From Spirogloea muscicola (lineage: Eukaryota), in contig WELB01000012.1 of NCBI GenBank assembly GCA_009602725.1, forward strand, positions 946,941-1,010,940: DNA of 64,000 nucleotides, given 5' to 3'. Numbering within the stretch: the first letter of the stretch is position 1; every line of letters begins with the position of its first letter. Under the pieces are notes generated by a model. That model ran no database searches. It was not told the DNA's origin and saw nothing but the letters and a program-made list of their open reading frames with translations. Both the position numbers and the translations under genes were made by a program. Positions 33,925 to 45,732 of this stretch are shown here, in pieces.

Positions 33925-36339
33925 CGGCGGCGACGGCAGCGGTGGCGGGCGGCGGCGGCGGCGGCGGCGGTGGCGAGCCGGCGTTCCTGAACTGTGAGCC
34001 GCCGCCGGCGTCGGCGGCGGCGGCGTCGGACCGCCCGATCCGCGTCTACGCCGACGGCATCTTTGACCTCTTCCACTTCGGCCACGCCCGCGCGCTGGAG
34101 CAGGCCAAGAAGCTGTGAGAGGCCCCCGCCGCCGCTACTGCCGCCGCCGCTGTCGCATGGCCGTCAGTGCCGTGCCGCCCGATCTGATGGCGATGGCGGC
34201 GGCGGCGGTGGCGGCGGCGGTCTCAGGTTCCCGAGCACGTACCTGCTGGTGGGCTGCTGCAACGACGAGCTGACGCACAAGTACAAGGGCAAGACGGTGC
34301 TCGCCGAGGCCGAGCGCTACGAGTCGCTGCGCCACTGCCGGTGCGTGTGCGTGGTGCAGCGGTCGCGCCGTCTCTGCCGCCACCGCCAACGTGGGAGGCG
34401 GCACCGTTATCGTGCATGCAAATCGCTTTGTATTATGCATATATAAATATGTTGTCTCCGTAATATGTGAATATCTTATGGGTCTTGCTGGCGTCTCGTA
34501 CATTGCGCAGGTGGGTGGACGAGGTCGTCCCAGATGCGCCGTGGGTGATCGACGAGGCCTTCCTCGCGCGGCACCGCATCGACTACGTCGCGCACGACGC
34601 TCTCCCGTGAGGCCCCGCGTCCTGGAAAATGCTGGCGAGTGCCGAGTAGCATGATCAGAAGAGCGCCGGAGTCCATCCGATCAGTGCCACCGACGAATTG
34701 GGTGGCCACAGACAGTGATGGCCCTCCTTGCTCCTCGTGCCGCGGCCCGCTAGGTACGCTGATGCCAGCGGCTCCTCAGACGACGTCTACGCTTACGTGA
34801 GCCCCTGACCCATCATTCTGTCCCACCGCCGAGTTTGAGCCAAGAAAGGGCACCGATCGCATGCGCCTTGCAATGTACAGGCAGCACGTTGGCCCCCGCT
34901 GAGCTCATCGCCCATCGCCGCCGGTGCTCGTGCAGGTCAAGAAGGTTGGCAAATTCCGAGAGACGCGGCGCACTGAGGGCGTGTCGACGTCGGACCTCAT
35001 CGTGCGCATTCTGCGGGGCTACAACGAGTACGTGATGCGCAACCTCGCACGCGGGTACACCCGCAAGGATCTCGGCGTTAGCTACGTCAAGGTGAAGGGC
35101 CACCACAAGCACCCACCGAGATCTGGTATCCTGTCGCGCAGTACTGGGATGGTCATCACGGCTTCTGCATCAGAGGTCATGGGATCTATCTCCTAGTATT
35201 TGCACCACATGCATGCATGCAGTAGTTTGCGGCAAAACCAGACTGCAACAGTTTAGCAACAGTCAGTTGACCATTTGCATCCCCGTCGAAGAGTCGCATC
35301 AGGTTGTATTCGTGTCTGGAAGCTCCCTCTGAAGGCAAGAGCATGCGTGCGAGCCACCCTCCGCAGGCACAGCAGCTGCATCTCAATCTGGGCATCAGGA
35401 AACTGCAGGAACGCGTGGAGCAGAATCGGCAGTCGCTTGGTCGCAATGTAAAGGCCATCACTTTAGAATTCAATTTCCTTCTTTGTGAGAATGTATCGTC
35501 TCAGCAATCAGCTTCGGCTACTCCGCGGCCCCACAGTGGCAAACATCGCTGTGCCAGGTACCTTCGCACTGTGCTTTTGACTTGGAGCTGATGCGCTTTG
35601 CCGGTCGTTTATCGTTTTGGCGGGGCAGCTGAACACAGTGGCAGAGCGCGTGGGCATGAACTTCCAGAGCGACTGGGTGGAGAATGCTGATCGCTGGGTG
35701 ACGGGCTTCCTCGAGCTGTTTGAGGAGGGCTTCCACTACATGGCAAGCGCACCGAAGCACGCAGCTCGCGTGCCACCTCGCCGCCGCTCACAGCATACCC
35801 GAGGCAATTGTAGCTCTGCCAGCAGACTGCCTGCTTGACCAGCTACATCAGCGCGGCTGAGCCATTGCTAATGATGTTATGGTTGAGGGATGTAAATGCG
35901 GAAGACAATGGTCAGGGCATTAAGCACATGCTTATAAAGCACAAGCATGTGCTTGACACATGCTTGTGGGCATGTAATGCAGGAAAATGCAATCAAGACG
36001 CAGATCCAACCATTCATTGCCCCACGCGCAAGCAGGCGCAAGCCGTCGTCGCTGCGGGGCTCGGCGGGTGCGGGCGGGAGCAGCGGCAGCACTGGGATCG
36101 GCAAGGACCAGCGGGGTAAGTGGTGGGCTCCCAAGCGGAAGGCCGGCAGCAGTGCTGGCAGCGGGAAGGGCAAGCAGCAGCAGCAGCAGCAGGAGAAGCA
36201 GTGGTGGGGCTTGGCGGCACCACGCAAACCCATGTCCTCGGCCAAGACGCGTTCGACGTCAGGCGCGCCAAAGTTGCCCGCTGTGCTCGGCTGCAAAGAG
36301 GCTGGTGATGGCGAATTTCACTTGTCTGAGGAGGATTAG
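33925..36339 (+). CDS. CCT: CTP:phosphocholine cytidylyltransferase; 5' end in gap
   Basis: [23 protein letters not shown] (HxGH), [39 protein letters not shown]. Confidence 0.96.
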
Positions 36340-37312
36340 ACGGCCTTCACTAACTGAACACTGCCCATTTAGAGTCAAGGTAATACTCTCCAGTATTCCC
36401 ATTTTACACAGAGAGAGTCTTGTGATAACAGGTTGATGCTTACACATGTTAGATGCGAGTGTATCAACCACCAATATAACAATATCCAGTAGGGCTCTTC
36501 CGCAGGTCAGAGCATAGTCTGACTCGGCCCTTGTCTACGCCCTCCTTTAAGAAACATGTGCCAGGGCGCATTCATTCTGCAGAGTAGCCATACACTGCCT
36601 CCGAGGCCAAGCTCCTCAATTGTAATACGCGTTGAGGGCAGTGCAACGGTGTGAGAATCAGGCTCAGACACTCGAGCAACATCCACATGTGAAGACGCTA
36701 ATGTAGCTCCTGCAGACACTATCATTGGTGCAGTGATTGCTGTCTAACTACTAAGAAGCAGGATGCAGCACAATGTTGCCATCAATTGTTCGCCCTGAGT
36801 CATCTTAATCGTACTCAAAATGGACAAGCCCTATGCCAACAGTAATAGCCTTCTGACAAGTCCTGGCAAAAAGCAAACGTAGAATGGAGCTCTTTCGGTA
36901 CATGGAACTCTTATCGAAGATATTAAATCTTGCACCTCCTGCACTCATTTCTTAAGTGGCTAAGCTTGGGAACTACCCAGCTCTGCATTGTGTAGGCCAC
37001 TTATGCTCTTGGAGCTGCACACCATTGGCAACTAATGGTCTAAGTCGATGTGTGCAGGATTGTTTAAATAGCAGGTGCTGCTCTGCTTGCGCAGTTGACA
37101 GCTCGACCGAGGCGAGTGGCACCGACAGGCACAGACTGGAGCTTGCGCTCAGCCCGTTTACCTCTGTCGGCTGCGTAAAAAAGGTAGGCGAACGTCGTCT
37201 CCTGACGCGGGTGACTGCAGGTTGCATGGCCCAGCTGAGGAAGCGTCCAAGATGCAGCGAGGCTGCCAGGAAGAGAATGAGAGTGGAAAGCGGGGCGAGC
37301 CACGCGCAGGTG

Positions 37313-38651
37313 TCATAGCACCACCGCCACCTTGACGCCCGAGGACGGCCGCGGGCGCGTCACAACGGGCTCGTAGTGGTCGCCGCCACCGCCACACCAG
37401 CCTGCAGAGTGCATGCCGGAGGATCAGCCGCCATCGAGCAACGCTCTCGCTCACTGACTGGTCATGCTCACACTCTCTCGCCCCAAAACGAAGATAAGAC
37501 TGTGCCTGTCTACCACCTTGTCACGGCCTTGTAAGTATGATACAAGTTGGTAGCCAGCTTCAGACTTGCAAATGGCATTCTGTCAGCAACCTCTTCAATT
37601 AGTAAAAATGTCACGCTTGGCACGTCGTCGTGGGCCTTAAGTGCGTAGTGGTATTACCCGTGCCTTTCATGAAGAGGAAGAGCGGCTGGTGTTGGACGCT
37701 GTCCTTGCCGCCTCGCGGCGAGTGCGGCAGGAAGAAGAGGCAGGAGCTCGGCTCCACCATGCCGTCTGCACCGTGTGCCTGCATCTGCTCCGGCAAGGAG
37801 CGCGCAGGGGACGCCGCGTGAGTCAAAACGGGCGTGATGGACCGGCACACTCTAAGCTCCTCTGTGGAAAAAATATGGAGGGCAGGAGAGCTCACGACAT
37901 AGATCTCGCGGCAGTACTCGGTGGCGAGGCACTCGATGGCAATGTCGTCGCCAAAGGCAGCGGCGCCGCCGTCGCTGTTCTCATCGACGCTCAGCAGGCC
38001 CTCCTGCGTGTACTGCAGCGCCACAATGTCGTACTCGTCCGTGGGCCGGCCGCTGGTGGACATGTAGTCGGCCCAGCTGGGCCCGTCCCGCACCGGCAGG
38101 CAGCGCTCCTTGAACACCGCCTCTGCCGCCGCGTCCCTGCACGAGTCGATTTGGCCGTCGGCCGCAGCCGTCGGCACCAGATGCGAATCAGCGCCAGCCT
38201 TCTCAAGCCTCTTCGCCTGAGCCATCGCACATTCCATGGCCGCCACGGCCTGCTGAGCGCAAAACTCTGGCCTTTGGAGTACCTACTGCAGGGGTCGCAG
38301 CCAGATCATGCAGCCAAGCAGGACAACTGCTAGCCAGGCTAAGTAGCAGCTCCTCCGCATGATCTCCACGATCAGCCATGAAGTGGCAGGCGGCCAGGAG
38401 CGTCATGGCAGCGCACCTGCTCATGCCCGCCTGCTCCATCTCCCGGATGGCGGAGTCCATGGCGGCGTGGTCGGCCTTGCGCGCCAGCATCTTCACCTCC
38501 TGCACGACGTGCACGCCCCACCCGGCGGCCACGTCCGGCGAGTACAGGTTGCGCACCGCGCTGTCCATGGCCGCGCGGCCCTGTGCGCCGCCGCCGCCCT
38601 GCGCGCCGTAGTCCTCCCGGAAGCGCCGGACGGCCGCCGCGCGCACCGTGG
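37313..38651 (-). CDS. Conserved plant-type protein with OTU-like C-terminus; 5' end lost at n join
   Basis: LYSPDVAAGWGVHVVQEVK, AAAFGDDIAIECLATEYCREIYV, and terminal GWCGGGGDHYEPVV (OTU-type His box); 4 exons. Confidence 0.75.
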
Positions 38652-38652
38652 N

Positions 38653-38737
38653 CCTCGATCTTCGTGACGAGCCTTGGCATCTTGTAGCGGTAAAAGGCAT
38701 CATCGCGGTTGCCTTCACCGATATTTTGGAGCGCCAT
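38653..38737 (-). CDS. eIF5: Eukaryotic translation initiation factor 5, N-terminal fragment
   Basis: MALQNIGEGNRDDAFYRYKMPRLVTKIE matches the conserved eIF5 N-terminus; cut at n 38652. Confidence 0.9.
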
Positions 38738-39173
38738 GATGGGCACAGGTCAAGACGGTGCAGCGTAGAGGTCGCTGTCACCCTTGTGGAGCTGGCAGGA
38801 GCAGAGGCGAGCTGGCCAAGCACCGCCCTGTCGTGACTCTCTCGCAGGCAGGCCGGGAGCTGCGGGCCCGCTGTCTCCTCCGCCAAAGCGAGACCAGGCT
38901 GCCGCGCACATGCACCTGCGGCTGCGATATGATGGTGGGATCGGCGGCGCAGCGGCCCCCCAGCCTGTGCCGCTTCCGCGTCGTCGGGCAATACTCATCC
39001 AGCGGGCCTCGGCTGGCGCAGACGGCCTCAGACATAAAAGACGATATCGGGGGAGCCGGCGAGACCCCTCAACGCGGCAGGCGGCGGGGACCAGCGAGCG
39101 GCGAGCCGGAGGACCGAGGATGGGCGAGGAGGCAAGAGGCCGGAGACGATGGCGCTGCCGCAGAAGGCGCGGC

Positions 39174-39211
<38 letters not shown>

Positions 39212-40300
39212 TGGCGGCGCTGGTCCGCTGCAGGACCAGGGCAGGGGCGCCTGGGGTGAGGGGGGTGGACCAGGCGAGGAGGGGGGCTAGCGAGGGGCGC
39301 TGATAGTCGTGGGAGGGGCGGACGGGGAGGGAGGAGCCGGAGGGGTGGGGAGGCGGAGGGGAGGGAGGGCAGCGCCCCCTCCCCCTCCCTCCTTCCCGAA
39401 CGGGCGCCTTCACCACTCGTCGGGGGCGGCCCGGTTATCGGCGTCACGCCGGGAGGTTAGCGGTAAGTGAAATGGCTTACGCCGTTTCGGCGCCCGGCTC
39501 GACGAAGGACGTGTGCAGAACCCATCAGCCTTGGAACGGCCGGCGGCCGTCACCATCGTAATGGAAATCATTTACGGCCCAGTTGGCGTTTTGCGTTTCT
39601 CGTCGTCTTTTGCGTTTCTCATAATTCTCCCGCCGTAGCGGCGCCGGGGGGGGGCCACGGGCTGCCCGCGGCGCGCGGGCAGCTCGGGAAATGGCAAGCG
39701 CGCCGGCGAATGGGAACGGGGGAGCGCCGTCAGGGACCACCTTCCGAGGGACGGCAGCGCGGCCCCCCGCCGCCGCTCCGCCCCCTCGGGCAGGACCGGG
39801 AAAAAGTGGAAGCTGCCCCCGCACCCCAGAACCGGCGCGGACGGCAGCGATCGGCGGGCTGGCCGCGATCGGACGGCAGGCCGCGGCTCGGGGCCGGCGG
39901 CGGGCCCAGAGCGAGGCGGGCGGTCAGCGACTGAGGGCGCAGGGGCGAGAGAGGAGGGAGGAGGGGAGGCGAGCGGGGCCCGCCACGTGGCCGGCGCGAG
40001 CTGACTCAGCCGGCCCCGGCGGCGTCCGCCGTGGCGCGCTGTGCGGCCGGCAGGTGGCGTGGCCTTTCCCCATGCGGCCTCCCCCTCTCCCTCCTAAAGC
40101 CGTCCACAGCTTCCCCCGCTGAGTCCGCCGGCGCCGCCGCCGCCGCCGCCGTCGTTGCCGCCGCCGCGCCCGGCTCGCGCGACGCGCACACCGGCCGCAG
40201 GGCTTTCCCGCTACTCCGCCGCGGCCAGCGCAGCGCTCCCCCACAGTCGCCAGCAGCCCGCCAGACCGATCCGTGGCCCCTCGAGACCAGCAGAGTCGCC

Positions 40301-41126
40301 ATGGCGCTCTGGAGGTCCGTGGCGATGGCCGTGCGGAGGCCGGCCGGCGCGGCTCTGCAGGCCCAGGCTGAGGCCGGGCAGGGCGTGCTGCATGTCGCCT
40401 CGCGCGTGGTTGCCGTCCCGGCATCACACCGCTTCTTCACAACCGAGGTATCTACCCCTTTTACTGCTTTTCTCTGTACCCTCTTGGTTGAGAGGCTGCA
40501 GGACTCGCTGCGCATTGTACGCGCTTTTTCAATGCTCAACAACGAAGGCTGTGACCCGAGCCACTGCTTAGATCAATGGTCACTGTCGAGTTGCTTCTCA
40601 CGTGGGTGGGGACTATTGGCTACCAGGGTAAGGAGAGCATCAAGAGCCGGGATGAGCCTACCATGGGCACCACGACTCAGGAGGGTACGGAGGGGCACGC
40701 TGAGAAGACAAAGGAGGCCAATCTAGAGCGTGCGAGGGAGGGCGGAGAGAAGGTTCGCGAGGTAAGCAGATCATCTCTAGGCAGCTCATGATAAGTCGAT
40801 GTTATTCCGCTTCTCGCGTCATTGGGGCGCAGGCATTGTAGCAGCTGCTCGGTGAGCTTGAGTACAGTACGGAATCTACCTCTGCCCGGGCCGAACTTCT
40901 CAAGCACAAGTACACAAGTATGACAGAAGGATTTGCACGCATCTCTCCTGCACTGCAATTTACACAGGCTGATGGTGTGGAGGGCACTGCGAAGGCAGCT
41001 GGCGACGTTGCGAAGGATGTTGGCAAAGGTGTGAAGCAATTTGGTGAGAAGGTCGGTGACATGACCAAGGAGGCTGCGCAGCGCGCAAAGGAGACTGCTA
41101 AGGGTGCTGTGGGCAGCAAAGATTAA
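40301..41126 (+). CDS. LEA-like protein with probable mitochondrial presequence, 3 exons
   Basis: Exons 40301-40447, 40627-40761 and 40968-41126; N-terminal MALWRSVAMAVRR...HRFFTT, then A/K/E/G-rich repeats (AKAAGDVAKDV, KEAAQRAKETA). Confidence 0.75.
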
Positions 41127-43029
41127 GCAGGCTGATGAGGGTGACAATGTTGTAACCAAGCACTGCATCATTTTCCAACCAATCAGCTCGTCAATCACGT
41201 CATTTTTACTTGCACTATTTGGTGACGTCGTTACCCTATTATAGCAACAGTTTGTTAAATTGGACTGACAATGTTATGAGTAAACCCCTCCATGGCACAC
41301 ATTTCTGGAGAGTCTCCAGCCCAAGGGGCCCTTGTGCATGCTGACACGAGTGAACACTCATGGACTCAGACGAGTTAGAGCCAAGTACTTTCGTGTAGTC
41401 ACTGATGCGAGCTGCTAACAAGCTGAACAGAATAAAGAGTTTGTAAAATGTCGTATGCTCAAGATGTCTTGGGAGAAGCCTCATATTTTCATCATGTATA
41501 AGCAAAGTGAGTCACACCTTAATTTTGGTCTGGATGACTGCATGTATTCTCTACTGCAGAGTTGAATATGCACATTGTCTTGGAGCCATGTAACATAGAC
41601 GACCTATAGCTCGCTCTGTTGTATATCAGTGCCTCAGCGTTGATATGTAGGTGCCTATCAATGTGAATTCCATCTTTCTTGGACATAGGGCTTATGTTTG
41701 TCACAGTAGGGTCGGCTTTTTTGTTCTGTTGCTGCTATTGCTGCTCGCAGCATTAGATTGCAGTACAAAGAAGGATGTTGAAGTCAGTAGCCGCCCTGTC
41801 TAAGGGCTGTACTTTGCGAGGACGTTAGATTCAAAGCATGAGGAGTAGCAGCATTAGCTCTGCAGGTGATGCCTTGTTCATAAGGCTTAAGCTTGGGCTG
41901 TAGGTAAAGGTTCTGCTATTGTCTCAGGCGTCACACTGGTATTAGCTAGTCAGGTACACAGATGTAACATGCACTGGTAATTTGAAATAGAAATCCTCAC
42001 ACTTACCTGGCACCACGACTTGCATATGCGCGCACCATTATAAATAGTGGCTCTTTCGAAAGGGGGTGTAGGGTGTAAAATGCCGGCCTGGAAAGTGTTG
42101 ACAATGTCCAGTAGGGACAATTAGTGCATAGGAACATGACTAAGGAAGGACCATGTAGGATAATCACTCAGCAACCTCTAGCTCGAAGATGCAAATCAGA
42201 AAGACAATCTTGAAGGTAAAGCAAGCCCCTTGACGAAAGCCACAGGCTGCAGCTAGAGCACGGCCAATTAAGCTGTGCTTTGGCACAATGAACTCTTACG
42301 GTGCCAGCGTGGAGAAGGTTTTGTGCCCAGCTTCGAGACTCTGGGGTGGATGTCTCGTTCGTAATGACTGGGCGGTCGCGCAGATTGATTCAAACCGAGT
42401 TCTGCCGGAGGACCACCTTCGCCTGCGCCACGTGTACAGCAACTCCGCCTCCGTGGCAGAGCCGACGTCAGCCGGCTGCGGTCCGCCGCGGGCATGCGCT
42501 CGAACCCTGCCTCCAACGTGGCTGCCACGTGTGCCCGAGGGGCGCCGTGTCAGCCCAAGCAGCCGCCACATTTGCAGGGTCTGCCACCGTGGCGGAACTG
42601 CAGGCGAGCTCCCCCCCCCCGGCCGTCATGCCGCTGACAGTCTTAGCCGCCGTAGTCCCCGCCGCCGCCGTCGCCGCCGCGCCGCGCCTCCGGCACGCAC
42701 CCGCGCTCCGTGCCGCTCCCCGCCGCCCGCCAGCCGCCGCCAGCCGCCGCCTCCGCCGCCTTTGCGGCTGCCGTCCGGGCGTCGCCCGTAGCCGCCGCTG
42801 CCCGCCGCGCCAGCTCCCGCAGGCCGGTCCTGACGTGCGCCGCCTCCCAGGTACGGCCGTCGCGGCACATGCACCAGCACGGCTTGTGAGCCTGCAGGAG
42901 GCCCTGGAGCTACACCCATTAATCGGGAGCGAGATTGTGGTGGACAGCGGCCTGCAACCAATGGCAGGCAAATTTCTCCAGTAGCTTGTCAGATTAGAAT
43001 CTATTGACTGCAATACAGCATTGATGCGA

Positions 43030-45095
43030 CTGGCTGACAGATGCTTGCGAGACTGCTCTTCAGGAGCACGGCCAAGGCAGCATGAAGATCGGCGCAGTTC
43101 TCTACGAGGGCGGCGATGCTGCCAAGAATCCAAATTATCTGGGCTGCGTGCAGAATCGGTCTCGGTCTCACGGACTGGCTGAAGGAGCAAGGCCATGGAT
43201 TATTTGTCACTGACGACAAAGAAGGCGACGACTCAGGTGCAAGCAAGCACCATGTCAAATTCCTTGTTGGCTTGTTGTTAGCTCTTCGACCTCCCTCCGA
43301 TGTTCCTGATTAGTAGTTCTTTGATGCGACTTGAGGCTTCCCACTGACGACGACCTCACTGCTGCTTGGAAAGGGAGTAGGTAGATGGCTCGCACAAGCA
43401 TTTGTACTTCATAATACCGTTCCACATCACAAGTGGTGGAGACGTGGGTAACCCCGTCCTCTCGCAGAGCTGGCTGAGCACCTCCCTGACCTGAAATGTT
43501 CTCATCACAACGCCTTTCCACCCTGCGTATGTGACGGAGGAGCTCATTCAGAAAGCCAAGAATCTGAAGCTCGTTCTGACTGCGGGGATTGGGTCAGACC
43601 ACATTGACCTCAAGGCTGCTGCCAACGCAGGGCTTACAGTAGCTGAAGTCACAGGTGACTGCATAATGAATCGTCATTTGCAAATTTGACTGATTGACAC
43701 CCATTTGTCTCGTAAACGAATTTATGACGTACTTATGAGAGTACAGGGAGCAACGTGGTCAGTGTTGCTGAGGATGAAGTGATGCGCATACTCTTCCTCC
43801 TCCGCAATATTCTGCCTGCATGGCAGCAGATCCACGATGGAGGTTGGAATGTTGCAGAAGTCACAGCTAGGGCTTATGACTTACAGGGCAAGACTGTTGG
43901 CACTGTTGGAGCTGGAAGAATCGGCTTTGAGCTCTTGAAGAGCTTGAAGATACAGACTGAGCACCAATGCACAGCAAGCAACTGACATCGTTCTGCTCGT
44001 CAGCGATCCAAATGACTGGATAATCTGAAGTGTACGTATACCCACAAGAGACTTATTCACAAGATGTGTTGTGGCTGCTGGCAGCCCTTTGATTGCAAGC
44101 TACTCTATTATGCTCGACATGAGATGCCCGAGGAGCAGCAGAGGGAGTGTGGTGCTACACTCGAGGGTGACATTGACAAATTCTTATCTCAGTGTAACGT
44201 CGTCTCCATTAACTTGCCCTAGTCCGACAAGACCAAGTAAGTGGAAAACTTGTACCCTTGTGTATCTACTACTAATGGATTGAAGCAAGATAGACTTCAA
44301 AGCGCAAATCACTTCGAGATTCTGATGTGTCTGGTGAGGCAATCTTTCTGGTAGTTGCAGGGGAATGTTGACCAAGAAAGCATCTCGAAAATGAAGAAAG
44401 GGTGCCATGCTAGTGAACAATGCTCGAGGTGCCATCGTCGATGTAGACGCAGTGGTGGAGGCGTGCGAAAGTGGTCAATTAGGAGGTACTGGCGGTGTGA
44501 CGTGAATTATTCTCTTTCATGTATTTCAATTTCTGGTGGTTGATGTGCATCACCTATTACCTTCCATACGCTCCTTTGACCCTCATTGCATGCTCAACAG
44601 GTTACAGTAGGGATGTCTGCTACCCGCAACCACCACCCTCGGACCACCCCTGGCGTACCATGAAGAATGGGGCCATGACTCCGCACCTGTCAGGCACAAC
44701 CATTGATGCACAGGCCAGCAGAATTTGGTTTCTTAAGGTCTGCAGAGCTTGGCTCCAGATATTGCATCATTGTTGTGTTGTAGAGCTTCAGTTTAGGATG
44801 ACACAAACAGCAGCGAAGGCAAGCGACTTTTATCTGGACAGATGATCGAACCTTGCCTCCAATATGCCAAATATACTACCTGCTAGTAAACTGGCTGTCA
44901 AACTCGCATCTAATTTATGCCACACAGCTGTGAAGCTGCCTGTGGAGCCATTAATACTAGTCTACCTTTACATCCGTGCAGCAACGCTATTCTGCTGGCA
45001 TCAAAGAGATGCTGCAGTGCTGCTTTGAGGGCAAGCCCTTCCAGGAGGACTACTACATAGTCAGGGAGGGCGAGCTTGCTCCTCAGTACCAATAA
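43030..45095 (+). pseudogene. FDH: NAD-dependent formate dehydrogenase, unprocessed pseudogene
   Basis: [51 protein letters not shown]. Frameshifts near 43160, 43495 and 44368/44402, donor GT>AT at about 43950, TAG at 44220. Confidence 0.93.
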
Positions 45096-45732
45096 GGTTG
45101 ATTTGAACTTCAAAGAGCTAGGCACTTTTAATATACGCCGCTGTATTTATAGTGCAAAATTTGCAGCTTCTGAGATTGACTAAGAGGCTGCGACTCATTC
45201 GTTTGCACTTCCTTGTCTCATACTATCTGTTGAGTTGATTTGGTATGAAGGCTGAAGCAAGTGCACTGCCTAGAAAGCTGCTCAGAAGTGAAGATATCTG
45301 AGCAACTTTTGTTTAGGACTACTGCTTTTGTAAGCCTTTGAGGTTGCCAGCATTGCCAGTCACAAGTTCTTTTAGCAGCTCCAACGACATTGCTGTGCAC
45401 TTTTTAGATTAATGCTTCTGTGCTTGCTACAATGTAGATTCCCAATGAGATATCAATCAAACATAGGAGAGAGAATATTCAAAGAAACAATGTAATATGC
45501 TGATCTGCTTAATGATGTGATTTGTAAAGTTGGTATGGGTGACTTATGAAGTCTGTAAGTGCTACAATTGTACAGTACATAAACTGGGTGCGAAAGAGGT
45601 AAACGGCAATGTCTAGATTAGTCGAGAAAGCATTTGAGTGCACCTTACTAGCACGTTCATGCTATCTCCACGCTCTGTAACAATTATGTAAGCAAACATC
45701 AATGACCAACTGTCACTGACGTATACACATAC

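Noticed and set aside
38372..38746. Apparent eIF5-OTU fusion ORF
   Set aside because: The switch occurs exactly at the single n (38652), which indicates a contig join.
39028..40300. Many overlapping Ala/Arg/Pro-rich ORFs
   Set aside because: Expected from very high GC in the eIF5/LEA 5' region; no domain signal.
42288..42620. Possible PIN/asteroid-like fragment (RFCAQLRDSGVDVSFV)
   Set aside because: Too short and frameshifted to support without a search.
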